Part shown: positions 49,979-60,888 of the stretch, piece by piece | Numbering within the stretch: the stretch's first letter is position 1 | Layout: the number at the start of each line of letters is the position of its first letter | IMG/VR virus record: IMGVR_UViG_3300035698_023946 | Length of the DNA stretch: 64,000 bases | Direction: 5' to 3' (one strand) | From: an uncultured virus (IMG/VR IMGVR_UViG_3300035698_023946) | Lineage: Duplodnaviria; Heunggongvirae; Uroviricota; Caudoviricetes | The notes under the pieces: model-generated | The model's input: the letters and a program-made list of their open reading frames with translations, nothing else | The model's database searches: none | What the model was told of the DNA's origin: nothing | Program-made: the position numbers and the translations under genes

Positions 49979-50443
49979 TCACCAAGCAAAGGAAGCACTT
50001 TGTGTGGAAACACCGTCTCCAAGACCATCAGACGCCGCCTGAAGGATCTTCAGCACGTCGTTGATGTCGAAGTCGTTAAATCGGACATAGTTCTCTATGA
50101 CGCCCATAACGCCGATAAAGAAGAGTTTAAAAGAGGCTTCTAGCTTTCCGGCTTCGATTGCCTCATCGACTGTAGCGAGAATCAACGCACTCACACTACC
50201 TTCCGCACCACCGACGACGCCAATGACCTGATCTAAAACGACTTTCACCGATGCCGCATTTTCTCCTAGATAGGTAACTCTAGCGACTGCCGCCAGGGCT
50301 TCCGCTGTTTGAGCGAACTGATCGACATTCGGGACAACCACTTCAACCGTTCCGTCCGGAGCGGTTCCGGGGCAACCCGACAACATCAACCCACCTGAGA
50401 CTAATGCTAGAACTGTAAGAACTGTAATGATTTGTTTTTTCAT
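49979..50443 (-). CDS. putative lipoprotein
   Basis: Signal peptide with LSGC lipobox; AAGGAG RBS. Confidence 0.75.
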   Translation of the reverse strand: MKKQIITVLTVLALVSGGLMLSGCPGTAPDGTVEVVVPNVDQFAQTAEALAAVARVTYLGENAASVKVVLDQVIGVVGGAEGSVSALILATVDEAIEAGKLEASFKLFFIGVMGVIENYVRFNDFDINDVLKILQAASDGLGDGVSTQSASFAW

Positions 50444-50498
50444 CTTTTTCTCCTTCTCTATTTTCTTTCATTATACGCGTTTGACATTTTGAAAAATG

Positions 50499-51098
50499 TC
50501 AAACGTGATCGATGAATACACTCTTGCTATCTTTTGATTTACTATTATTCCTTTTACTATCTATCGCCTGCGTCAGAGTTTGCACCTGGCTTTCAAACTC
50601 TTTGTTGAAAGCCATCCAAATACCTAATTTGTTTTTCTTGGCAAAATCTTCAGCACGATCACTAAGTTCAAAAGGACTGTTCACCAAAACTCTATCAATG
50701 GTGATGTCCACATTATCGTTATAAAAATCTTCCGCTTGATCGGGACTGACGAAAGCCAAATTTGCCCGAGGATTGACTTGCAACAATTCGTTTTTGAAAT
50801 CCTCTAAAAGTTCATCAGCTATTTGCTGACTCAAATCCGACCTGAACCTAGTATCTGTCAAAATATCTTCAATATACTCCTTGTCAACCGAAGGCATTCC
50901 CAACTCCTCTTCTACATTTTGAATGAGAGGATCATAGGCTTGAGACTGAATAAGAAATCCATCTTTATAAACAAAAGCCAGCTTATCTTTAGGCTTGTAA
51001 ATCAACAGATAGTCATCTACTTTTTTGCATTTGACATCTGAAACTGAAGAAGAACCCAGTAAGGCCACTTTTTTGATTGCTTCTGCGATAGTATACAT
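50499..51098 (-). CDS. hypothetical protein
   Basis: 199-aa ORF with GGAG RBS. Confidence 0.65.
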   Translation of the reverse strand: MYTIAEAIKKVALLGSSSVSDVKCKKVDDYLLIYKPKDKLAFVYKDGFLIQSQAYDPLIQNVEEELGMPSVDKEYIEDILTDTRFRSDLSQQIADELLEDFKNELLQVNPRANLAFVSPDQAEDFYNDNVDITIDRVLVNSPFELSDRAEDFAKKNKLGIWMAFNKEFESQVQTLTQAIDSKRNNSKSKDSKSVFIDHV

Positions 51099-51227
51099 TT
51101 CGTTTCTCCATAATAGAATAATTTCACTATTTATATTACGAGAATAAATAAAAAATTCCTATATTTTTAAAATATTTTCTATCGGATTTGACTTTAATTT
51201 TTCACTTTTTCAACGTATAATATCAAT

Positions 51228-52526
51228 ATGATACGATCAACTAAACATACTCTCACTTTCGCCAATCAATCAAAACAACAGGATCTTTCTGTTTTGATTC
51301 AAAACTATCGTTTAATCCTTCAGCGAACTGTTGATCATCTTTGGAATAACAATATTAGAATTTTCAACAAAAAACACAAATTAATTTATCATTTCAACAT
51401 TCAGAATAATCAATTGAATCTTCCTTCCATATTGGATAATGATTTTCTCAAACAATTTCAATCTCATGATTTCACCATGAGATTGATTCAATGCATTGGA
51501 AAACAAGCATGCTCAATGATCAAAACAACTTTTGCAAAGAGAAGGAAACAATTGTTCAAATTGAAACAGTTGCAAAGAGAAGGAAAAAACACCAAGTATT
51601 TGCAAAGAAAAATCGATTTATTTCCACTTGTCAAACCAAATTGTGAAAATGTCAATCTGGAATTTGATTCTAGATTTTTCGACATTGAAGAAACCGAAGG
51701 TCTTTTTGACTGTTTCGTTCAAATTAAACACATCGGTCAAAAGAAAAAGATCAGAATTCCAACAAAACATACGAAAGTTTCTCGCCATTGGGCTTCCATG
51801 GGAAGACCGATGGGCTCCATTCGCCTGGGAGAAAAATTTGTTTCGTTCAACTTTGAAGTTCAACCCAAAATATGTCATGGCACACGCACCGTAGGTGCGG
51901 ATCAAGGCATTGTGACATGCCTCACATTGTCTGATGGTCAAATCACCAAACCCTGTCCTGACGGACATGATTTGAATTCTATTTTGGAAGAATTCACACA
52001 TCAAAAGAAAAAGAACAGAAAAACCTTTCGTTCAAGACAGTCTGGATCAAGTGGCTTCAGAAAAAAACAAGAACATCGAAAGAATTACATCAACTGGTCT
52101 ATCAATCAATTGGATCTGTCAAATGTCAAAGAACTTCGATTGGAAAAGTTAAAACAAATTAGAAAAAGAAAAAAGAATTTCAAGAATAACAATCGTTGGA
52201 CTTATCGTGAAATAAAACAAAAAATAGAAAACAAATGTGAAGAATTAGGAATCAAATTCTTGGAGGTTCCAAATGAATTTCGTTCTCAAAGATGTTCTTC
52301 ATGTGGTTTCGTTCGTAAATCAAATAGAAAAGGAAAGACGTTCACTTGCTCAGGCTGCGGTTTCACCGCAGACGCGGATTTGAATGCAGCTTCCAATCTA
52401 GAGATTGATCTTTTCGAGATCCCTTTCAAGGTACGATCATCAAAGATGAATCTAGAAGGTTTCTATTGGAAACCAGAGGGTTTGTTTTTGAAGACTGGAA
52501 AGCGTATAGTCTTCCAGACAAGTTAA
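51228..52526 (+). mobile_element. tnpB: TnpB/Cas12f-like RNA-guided RuvC nuclease (IS200/IS605 family), no tnpA
   Basis: RuvC-I VGADQG, RuvC-II LRLEKL, Zn finger SQRCSSCG...FTCSGCG, RuvC-III DADLNAASN. Confidence 0.88.
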
Positions 52527-52603
52527 AACATATTTTTCTGTAACTATAATTGAACTACACTTTATCTATTCGAATTTAAATCAACAGTTTACTTCTAATC
52601 AAA

Positions 52604-53968
52604 ATGCAAATTTCTGCTCTTTACTATCCGAAATACGATAAAAACTGGTACTCAACAAGTATACGGGGAAAGCTGTTAAATAAACAGTTTCCTATGTGCG
52701 GAGTATATGACTTTAATGATGAGTTGATCTTGATTCAGCATCTTACCCTGTGCAACGCCATAGGTGTTAAAAATCTATTTTTTGAAGTAAATCAAGAATT
52801 TGTAGAAAACGGTATACTTGTCAAATTGAACGATATCATCAATTCGAATGAGATAAACATGAAAATCTCATTCATGATAGATTCAAAAGATATGATAAAG
52901 TTATTAAACGATATCGACGAATCTGATAACCTTTTCAAAATGAAAGGCAAAAAGGTGATTTTAACGAGAGGGTTATCGGAAGTGAAAGAATTACAAGACT
53001 TCTACACGATAGGGGATTTAATGAATTTCTCATACGAAAATCCTGACATTGAAGTTTTGAAACAATTTGACGGGATAACGGGTGTAAATGTTTTTCCAGA
53101 GACATCGAATATAACAGAATGTGTTAAGTCTTTCGACCTGATGCACCAAAAGTATTCAAACTATTTAGATGATACAAAAGTAGACATTTGGCCATGCCTA
53201 TTCCCGAGAATAAATAATTACATCAATCATGAGAGCAATATCCCGAACGGAATTCATGATGATTCTGGGCAATTATTGACGAGACAATTGAAGATGTTTT
53301 CCAATCATCCACATTGCATAATTTCATCTTTCAACAATTGGACAAATGACACTCAAATAGAACCCTGTGGAAATGAGGAATCATATCAAGTTTCAGAACA
53401 GTTAGATGAAAACATAAGTACGAACATGACCGATGAAAAACTTTACAGAAACTATTGTTTTGATTTCGTGAAAATAATAGAACGATTCACAAATCAGCAA
53501 GGGTTCATCAGAAACACAGAAAGCCCTATCATTTCCACCAAACTGGAATTAGATATTTCAAGAAAAAAGACAATCAATATCTCTTTCTTCTATGACGATT
53601 TTTCTGGATATCTATTCAAGCTATGGAACGAGCACATCATCTCGTATCTGAAGATAGAAGATGATGAATTAATATATTTCAAGCAGGGATTCATTAAGGG
53701 GGCAATTGAGAAAAGAATTTGCAAACTAGACAAAGGAAAAGAATACAACATTGAGATCTGCGATCAACCACAAAATTACTATATCAATATAAATGGTGAA
53801 GAGATGCTTCCTGATGAATTGAAGTTTTTAACACAAGACACAAAAAACCTCATATTATTTGATGGAAATCTTTCAAACGAGAACATCGTCGGAAGTGTTA
53901 TCGTCAAAAACACAGACGACAATAAAACCATTTTAACATACCCCTCTGAGGAAATGAAATATGAATAA
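52604..53968 (+). CDS. GH99-like protein, probably catalytically inactive
   Basis: Paralogous to the GH99-like domain of the 1396-aa ORF; SFNNWTNDTQIEP versus SFNEWYEDTQIEP. Confidence 0.65.
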   Translation: MQISALYYPKYDKNWYSTSIRGKLLNKQFPMCGVYDFNDELILIQHLTLCNAIGVKNLFFEVNQEFVENGILVKLNDIINSNEINMKISFMIDSKDMIKLLNDIDESDNLFKMKGKKVILTRGLSEVKELQDFYTIGDLMNFSYENPDIEVLKQFDGITGVNVFPETSNITECVKSFDLMHQKYSNYLDDTKVDIWPCLFPRINNYINHESNIPNGIHDDSGQLLTRQLKMFSNHPHCIISSFNNWTNDTQIEPCGNEESYQVSEQLDENISTNMTDEKLYRNYCFDFVKIIERFTNQQGFIRNTESPIISTKLELDISRKKTINISFFYDDFSGYLFKLWNEHIISYLKIEDDELIYFKQGFIKGAIEKRICKLDKGKEYNIEICDQPQNYYININGEEMLPDELKFLTQDTKNLILFDGNLSNENIVGSVIVKNTDDNKTILTYPSEEMKYE

Positions 53969-55793
53969 ATTCACGATATTGATGCCTGTCTTAAATTTGA
54001 AATATTGGACCAAACATGCGATAGAACACATCAACAAAAATACGCATACAGATTTCGATCTAATCGTAATCAATAATGGGTGCAACAAATCCACAAAAAG
54101 AATGTTAAAATCCTTGAAAGAAGATGAACTCATTCATTCAATCATTGACAATTACGAGAATCTGGGAAGTGCTTATGCTTGGAATCAAGGGATCGAACAA
54201 TGTGAAACAGAAAACATCTGTCTACTTCATTCCGATTCATTAGTTTCTGAAAATTGGGAAAAGCCATTATTGAAGACTTTAGAAAACGACACAGATTTCG
54301 CCTGTTCTATTCCAACCACAAATTACGCAGATGAAACTTTTGTCAGATACAATGACCTCTTTTTAGACCAATACACAAAACTGAAACCAAGCAATAAGTC
54401 TATAACGACCTATGAACAGATTTCAGAACTATTAGAAACATTTTATGAAGGAAATATGAATGATTTTTCTAGTTCATTATCAAAAAAATTCTCCGACTGC
54501 ACGAGGTACCTTTCTGAGATATCTACCTTTTGCATCATGTTCAGAAAAAAGATATTCGACGATCATGGATTATTCGATACAGATTTCTTCCCACATTTCG
54601 GATTTGAAAAGCTGTTCTTCTATAATCTTCAATCAAAAGGTTACGAAGCCGTTTGTTGTCTAGACTCATATGTCCATCATAATGGGAACTCTACTTCCGA
54701 TGGTCCTGGGATGAACATACACGCCACAGTAGAAAAGAATATTCAATTGTTGGAAGAAAAGATTCAACAAATAGACTACGGCAAATCTCAAGTAATAACT
54801 AAAAAGGAAAAAGAAGAGATACTCTCAAATGATAGGCAATTAACAAACAATATATTAATGAATCCTAATGTTAAAAAAATACTATGTATTAGGAATGGCG
54901 ATATTGGAGACATTTCTCAATGCCTACTTTTATTAAACAACTTGAAACAAATAAAACGGGGTCTTTCTATAGATTTCATGACCGATGAAACTCATTTCGA
55001 TTTGATAAGAACTTTCAACGTAGTAGACGAATTGATTACTTTTCCTGTTAAGTCTTTTGAAGACTCCATGTACGAGAACGTTGTGACTCATATCTATTCT
55101 AAGTATCAAAACAAGTATGACGCTATCGTGAACTGGACTCTCTATCCCGAAAAGTTTCCAAACGATGGAGCAAATCGTTTAAGTGTTTTTCAAAACTACT
55201 TAAACGTTGATCGTCTATCAGTCGATTTAAACAAAGATATTTCAAAGCTAAACATTCAATTCGAATCCACAGAGATAAAGAAATGCAAGTCATATTTAAA
55301 CAGTAAGAAAACAAACATTCTAATTCTTCCTGATGGATCTTCGAAAGAGAGATCGATCCCGATAAAAAGTATTGCAAAATTCTATTCAAATCTAGACTTA
55401 AACAAATTTGAATTGTTATACTATAGTGCCCTGAACCCCTTCCCGGAATTAGGTCCGGCACCAATTCATAATCCACTGAATGAATTAGAAAAATGTTGCT
55501 TGATGAATCTGTGTAATTTTGTGATTACGACAGACAGCGAACTTCTTCACTTATGCTACCTCCTCAACAAGCCTTTCATTGGAATCTGTTTAGAAGACCA
55601 CCCGAAGCAATCAATTCTCCATCTCACAGAATCTAAACAAAAATTCAAGATTCTTTACGAGCCGGAATTAATCAGCCTTTCTCAAATAACTGAAGATGAT
55701 TTAACTGGGAATAAAATGACAATCCTATTTGAAGAACTGTTATCGGGAAACACTTCTCAAGAACGAGAAGACAAAGTTGAAGACTTCTTTTAA
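53961..55793 (+). CDS. GT2 + GT9 fusion glycosyltransferase
   Basis: N-half paralogous to 47220..48110 (PTTNYADE, SYVHHNGNSTSDGP); C-half RNGDIGDI...ITTDSELLHL. Confidence 0.8.
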   Translation: MNKFTILMPVLNLKYWTKHAIEHINKNTHTDFDLIVINNGCNKSTKRMLKSLKEDELIHSIIDNYENLGSAYAWNQGIEQCETENICLLHSDSLVSENWEKPLLKTLENDTDFACSIPTTNYADETFVRYNDLFLDQYTKLKPSNKSITTYEQISELLETFYEGNMNDFSSSLSKKFSDCTRYLSEISTFCIMFRKKIFDDHGLFDTDFFPHFGFEKLFFYNLQSKGYEAVCCLDSYVHHNGNSTSDGPGMNIHATVEKNIQLLEEKIQQIDYGKSQVITKKEKEEILSNDRQLTNNILMNPNVKKILCIRNGDIGDISQCLLLLNNLKQIKRGLSIDFMTDETHFDLIRTFNVVDELITFPVKSFEDSMYENVVTHIYSKYQNKYDAIVNWTLYPEKFPNDGANRLSVFQNYLNVDRLSVDLNKDISKLNIQFESTEIKKCKSYLNSKKTNILILPDGSSKERSIPIKSIAKFYSNLDLNKFELLYYSALNPFPELGPAPIHNPLNELEKCCLMNLCNFVITTDSELLHLCYLLNKPFIGICLEDHPKQSILHLTESKQKFKILYEPELISLSQITEDDLTGNKMTILFEELLSGNTSQEREDKVEDFF

Positions 55794-56452
55794 GAAAAAA
55801 CGCTGATGAGATTTGCTAAAGACTTGGAAAAGAAGAAGTCAGAAGTACTAGCACATTTAACAAAACTCCTAGTAGAAGCAGAACGGGTTGGCACCCCCAC
55901 GATATCTGCTATCGTGGGGGCAACGCCTTGAGAATGTGCCGGAAAATGAGAAGGCATAGAATGTCCAACCCAGCCAGGAGGTTCCGGAGTGTCTAACCCA
56001 TCGAGTTGATTGTTGTTAAATCTCTTAGAAATTGAAGAATCAATCACATCATCATAATTGATATCAGCTTCTATGTCAGAAAACTTAACCCAAATTTTAG
56101 GAATGATATAACTGGAGTGTTTCAATTTCACCTCAGCTTCATCTTTCATTTCGTTGAAAACTGAAACAGCATAAGTCATCAAATCTTTGGCCTTACCCTC
56201 ATCCTTGAAGGCGAAATACTTCTCAAACAACCTTTGTCCTATCATCGGATTGGTCACTGCCAAAGACACTCTATGATAGCCATTTCCCCAAGGAGAAACC
56301 ATCACATCACAATCCAAGGGACTAGAATAACGATCAACAGCGGCGATGCTGATAGACTCTTTTGAGACTTTAGCTTTGTCGTCATTGACAATGAAATTTA
56401 TCGTTCCACTATCATTGTTAATCGTATCTACTCGGATTGATTCAGGCATCAC
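55790..56452 (-). CDS. hypothetical protein
   Basis: 220-aa ORF. Confidence 0.6.
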   Translation of the reverse strand: MMPESIRVDTINNDSGTINFIVNDDKAKVSKESISIAAVDRYSSPLDCDVMVSPWGNGYHRVSLAVTNPMIGQRLFEKYFAFKDEGKAKDLMTYAVSVFNEMKDEAEVKLKHSSYIIPKIWVKFSDIEADINYDDVIDSSISKRFNNNQLDGLDTPEPPGWVGHSMPSHFPAHSQGVAPTIADIVGVPTRSASTRSFVKCASTSDFFFSKSLANLISVFS

Positions 56453-56826
56453 GCATCTCCCCCATCTACTTCTGGTTCATCTTCATCGTCCCCACCGATA
56501 GTTACTCCGAACTTTTCAGCTAAAAGCAGGTTGCGATTGTCTAAATTCCACTTCTTTCTATCTTCAATCATGGATCTAATGAGTTTCATTTCTTTATTAG
56601 AAAACTCCATGGGGACATCTTTCGCCCCTTCGCCCCAAGTGACTGTACCATTGTCCCTCGATTCAATTCCAAAATCCTCTACTTCTTCATCAGAAAAATC
56701 AATTTTTCCCAAAATGTCTAAAACAGATTTCAATTTATCTAGGCTCTCGACATTATCCTTACAACCAACGACCATATCCTTGACCATGATTCTGTCATAC
56801 AAACTTACTAATACTTGTTCGCCCAT
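56449..56826 (-). CDS. hypothetical acidic protein
   Basis: AAGGAG RBS. Confidence 0.65.
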   Translation of the reverse strand: MGEQVLVSLYDRIMVKDMVVGCKDNVESLDKLKSVLDILGKIDFSDEEVEDFGIESRDNGTVTWGEGAKDVPMEFSNKEMKLIRSMIEDRKKWNLDNRNLLLAEKFGVTIGGDDEDEPEVDGGDA

Positions 56827-56859
56827 TTTGTTACTCCTTTTATATATTCTAGTTTTTTA

Positions 56860-57369
56860 TTAAGAATTCCTATCTGGTTTCTTAATTTCATATGCAACGA
56901 TATTTTGAACGATTTTCATCCAAGTTTTTACTGATAAAGGTCCATCAGGCAAATCTCTTCCTCTATCCCCATGTTTTTCTGTCACAGTACATCCGAGATA
57001 ACTCGGATTAAGGACCTTCATCTCACTTGAGAAATCTTTTACATTTGATTCATTTGCCTTTATTTGATAAGTATGGCCATCGGTGTCAAAATAAAACCTA
57101 ATTGATTCACTCGACTCCATCTCGACACGGACATGAGTCTCAAAACTTGCAAAATCCCCAAAAGATTCATCAAACCATTCCCTGATCACATCTTTGCTAA
57201 AGCAAGTCGGAAATCCTTCTCCTTCAAACTCTTCAAGAGTTGATGGAACTGATTCCCCTTCTAAATATGCCCAATTTTCCACAGAGGCATCGGCCTTCAT
57301 TCCTCGAAATCCAGCGACCCAAACTGCCGGTGCTGCACAAAGTGCTTTTAAAAAGCTCCTCTTATCCAT
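56860..57369 (-). CDS. hypothetical protein with Tat-like signal
   Basis: MDKRSFLKAL...ADA N-terminus. Confidence 0.6.
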   Translation of the reverse strand: MDKRSFLKALCAAPAVWVAGFRGMKADASVENWAYLEGESVPSTLEEFEGEGFPTCFSKDVIREWFDESFGDFASFETHVRVEMESSESIRFYFDTDGHTYQIKANESNVKDFSSEMKVLNPSYLGCTVTEKHGDRGRDLPDGPLSVKTWMKIVQNIVAYEIKKPDRNS

Positions 57370-57385
57370 TTCCTTCTCCTTCTCC

Positions 57386-59752
57386 TCAAACAATCTTTAG
57401 ACCATTCATCTTCATGACATGATCGTATTTTTCTTTCACCTCAGAAATACCTGATGAATGAATGTCCAAATTGTTATTAAGAGCAAACTTGACACCAGAT
57501 TTCATGTAATTCGTATTATACGAACTTTCATCTAACGCCAAACGAACTCTTGGACAAAGATGCATGTTGACATATTTACGAAGTTTCAAACTACCTATCA
57601 ATGCCGACACGGAACCAAAATCCCATCCAGACGAATATACGATGTTCAATGAATGAATCTCTTCTTTATAGCATTTGTCGAAGATATAATCAATTGAATC
57701 TATGCAGTTTTTGATAAAAATGTTTGTTATACACGAATTCCTTGTTGTTGACCAATCTAAAGTATTTTTAACCTCTTGCGACCAATCTTCTATCGTTATA
57801 TCGAACTCACTTATAGAAATGTTTAAATGTGTTTCTATAAGATCTTGTAGACTGTAATACTTAGACCTAAACATGGAGTCTTCATTTGATATGGAAATAA
57901 CACCTTGATGATCGATATCGACCTGTCCATCTAATTTAAAAACGACATTTACGATATCGCTATTTTTAAACGATGTTTCAATTCTTGAAAAAGATTCAAA
58001 ATATTTAGATTTAAAAGGGATCTCACTTTTCCATAACGGCTGTTTTTCATAGAAGTTGAACCGTATGTCGCAATCATCCTTAAATACGGGGATGAACTCA
58101 AACAAGTCATGAACAAAAGTAGAAGACCTACGACAAAATACAAGTGAATTTTGAATAGAATCATTCTTGCCAATAATTTTACAGATAATACCATCGTCAT
58201 CTAGTTTAACATCATTATTCAAAAAAGATATAAATTCAAGCATCGCATTTGAATCTATGTAAAATTTAGAATTCATTATTCCAACAAAATGACCTGACCC
58301 ATTGCTCGAAATCAATCTATTAATCTTCCAACAATCTAGGTTTTCAAACTCTATCACTTTAAATCTAGATTCCAAGATGGCCTTACTAGAATGAGGAATG
58401 TTTTCATCAATGACAAAAACGATGTTATTACTAACGTTTCTAAATTCAGATGCAATTTCGAATAGTTTTTTAACATCGTTTTTTAATTCAATGATGACAA
58501 ATAAATCAATATCTTTTTTTGAATTGATATCTGGCACATCTTCCTTCACGTTAAGATAAGATATTATGTCAAAACTTTGTTCTTGAAAAATATCGAAAGT
58601 GGAAACTAAATCATTTTCTATTTCATTCACACTTGAAGAAAGAGACATATTGTCAACAAAGTTCCTAACTTTAGTTCTATTTTTTTTGCCGTAAAGACCC
58701 TTATACATTTCCAATTTCAAATCCACCATAGACTCAGGAATCGAATCAACAACTCCATCAAATTCTGTGGCAACATTATTTGCAAAAATCGGACAACCAC
58801 AATACATCAATTGAGACACCAAGTCCTTGTCCATGCTTTCTTCTAAGAGTATGGCGAAATTTACATTCTTCAATATAGATACTTTATCATTTGATTTAAA
58901 ATAGCAAGTATCAAAGCCGTCTTTCAAATCCTCAGTCAACACTTTCATGTCTTTCTTGTAAAAGGATAAGATGTCGATACATTTATCGGCGATTTCCTTA
59001 TACTTCTCATCATACCTCAAAAACACATCATACTTTCTTTCATCTGTTTTAAAATCACATTTAGAGACTGATTTTTTATCAAAAATTCTATCGAGACCGA
59101 TTATATCACAAAAATAAGAAGAGCTAATGCCCACACGCTTCACCGAAGAGATATACTTAAGAAACACGTTCAGTACATGTTCATTGTCATCATCGATAAA
59201 TATGGAATTTTCATCTGATTGATCCGGAATCTTATTGTATATCAAATCAGACAAAAATAACTCAAATGACTTATAAACATAAACCTTATTTCCTATATCC
59301 GACGGTTCGTAATCATTCTTAATTAATGAATTTTTACAATATTTGATAGAAGCTTTCACAACTACATCTAAATACTTTCCGTGATTGTCATTGAAGATCA
59401 CCGCCAACATCCCTTCCGGAGTATCTACGAAGTCGAATTTTCTTTCTCCAAAATCTGGATCACAAAGCAAGTCCAAGCTATCATAAGCCTTCGGAGAGAC
59501 AAGAACGATGATGGGTTTCTCTATATCACCACAATACTCAATGACACTTCTAATGGAATCGATATCGTACTTATAATCGGAATCGACCAAGACTGCAAAA
59601 TCAGATGTCTGAATGTCATCTACGAGGGAAGAATCAACTCCGATTGAATGCTTGATCATTTCCTCGGCGAAAAGACCAGATTTCCAAATAGTCAACTGAT
59701 TGTTCAAAGTACTAAAATAATGAGAAAGAGAACTAATTAAGAATGATAGCAT
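57386..59752 (-). CDS. large hypothetical protein next to the glycosylation cluster
   Basis: 788-aa ORF; no motif confidently recognised. Confidence 0.65.
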   Translation of the reverse strand: MLSFLISSLSHYFSTLNNQLTIWKSGLFAEEMIKHSIGVDSSLVDDIQTSDFAVLVDSDYKYDIDSIRSVIEYCGDIEKPIIVLVSPKAYDSLDLLCDPDFGERKFDFVDTPEGMLAVIFNDNHGKYLDVVVKASIKYCKNSLIKNDYEPSDIGNKVYVYKSFELFLSDLIYNKIPDQSDENSIFIDDDNEHVLNVFLKYISSVKRVGISSSYFCDIIGLDRIFDKKSVSKCDFKTDERKYDVFLRYDEKYKEIADKCIDILSFYKKDMKVLTEDLKDGFDTCYFKSNDKVSILKNVNFAILLEESMDKDLVSQLMYCGCPIFANNVATEFDGVVDSIPESMVDLKLEMYKGLYGKKNRTKVRNFVDNMSLSSSVNEIENDLVSTFDIFQEQSFDIISYLNVKEDVPDINSKKDIDLFVIIELKNDVKKLFEIASEFRNVSNNIVFVIDENIPHSSKAILESRFKVIEFENLDCWKINRLISSNGSGHFVGIMNSKFYIDSNAMLEFISFLNNDVKLDDDGIICKIIGKNDSIQNSLVFCRRSSTFVHDLFEFIPVFKDDCDIRFNFYEKQPLWKSEIPFKSKYFESFSRIETSFKNSDIVNVVFKLDGQVDIDHQGVISISNEDSMFRSKYYSLQDLIETHLNISISEFDITIEDWSQEVKNTLDWSTTRNSCITNIFIKNCIDSIDYIFDKCYKEEIHSLNIVYSSGWDFGSVSALIGSLKLRKYVNMHLCPRVRLALDESSYNTNYMKSGVKFALNNNLDIHSSGISEVKEKYDHVMKMNGLKIV

Positions 59753-59815
59753 GGGGAGTAAAAAGCCTTAATTTTAGTGAATTAATTATAGTATACGAAT
59801 ACCAGGAGTTTTGCA

Positions 59816-60439
59816 ATGAAACCGAAAATCATCATCATAGGTGAACCCGAAAGAAAAAGAGAAGAACTTTCTGACAAATTGTCTAAGTTTTATGGGATAT
59901 CTCCATTTTCGATGGAGACTCTTGTCGATCCTCATAAAACAAGCAATTTTGAAAAGTTAAATAATGAATTGCGATTCAAGTTATCGTGTCTGAGTTGCAA
60001 CAAAGATAAAGATGGATTCATCCTTAACGGAATGCCCCTAGACCTAGCAGACTGCATCTGCATTGGAGACATAGACCTATGTGCCTTTTACAATGTCGAT
60101 TCAGAAGAAATCATCAATTATAACCAACATAGGAATTGGTGTCCAACATGTTTCAGAGTATACCATAACGTTGACAAGCCTTCTTTGAGAGAGGGAAGAT
60201 GTGATAGATGCGACTCTTCATTGACTAAATTAAGCGACGATGAACCTCGTACAATTAGAAAGAGAATAAACAAATGGTACAAATTACATGAAAATATTTT
60301 ATCGTTTTATAAAGATAGAAATAAATTGTTAAAAATAAACACAAATGCGGATACAGATAAAGTTGCATCGGAAGTATTTAAGATACTCCATGGCAAGATA
60401 AAACCTAAAAGTAAAAATAATTATGAGTTCGTGATCTAA
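59816..60439 (+). CDS. adenylate-kinase-like protein with degenerate P-loop
   Basis: KIIIIGEP, GFILNGMP (GFxLDGFP variant), LID CPTC.RVYH...CDRC...DD.P.TIRKR...Y. Confidence 0.75.
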   Translation: MKPKIIIIGEPERKREELSDKLSKFYGISPFSMETLVDPHKTSNFEKLNNELRFKLSCLSCNKDKDGFILNGMPLDLADCICIGDIDLCAFYNVDSEEIINYNQHRNWCPTCFRVYHNVDKPSLREGRCDRCDSSLTKLSDDEPRTIRKRINKWYKLHENILSFYKDRNKLLKINTNADTDKVASEVFKILHGKIKPKSKNNYEFVI

Positions 60440-60441
60440 TC

Positions 60442-60888
60442 ATGCCAGCAAAAAAAGTCATTATAAGTAAAGATGAAATTAAGATATTGAATTCAATAGA
60501 ATATATAAATCAGAATTGTTCTGATATAGATTCTTCTAAAACAATAGGATATAAGATATTACTAATTGTAGAAAGAGATTTACAAAAAATATGCAATGAC
60601 TCTTTATTTATCCTGTCTGATGCAATCAAAAACGATGTAGATTACTACGATCTATTAAAATCACAAACACCAAAAGAATTGTTAATAAATTTATCATTCA
60701 TTTCCTCGGAGAATCACTTAAAAGAAAACGGCCTTAATCTTGGAGAGAATTTATCAAAAGATGAGCTTTTTTATATACATAAGATTGTTTATATGATTCT
60801 TTTAAAATCATTCTTTTTAAATGATTCAATAATAGAAAATATGGTGAACAAATACGAGGATGAAGAAACATGGCGATTAAAGAATTAA
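60442..60888 (+). CDS. hypothetical protein
   Basis: 148-aa ORF. Confidence 0.55.
   Translation: MPAKKVIISKDEIKILNSIEYINQNCSDIDSSKTIGYKILLIVERDLQKICNDSLFILSDAIKNDVDYYDLLKSQTPKELLINLSFISSENHLKENGLNLGENLSKDELFYIHKIVYMILLKSFFLNDSIIENMVNKYEDEETWRLKN

Noticed and set aside
51228..52526. Type V CRISPR-Cas effector locus
   Set aside because: No repeat-spacer array or cas1/cas2 is visible in the window; treated as TnpB-like.
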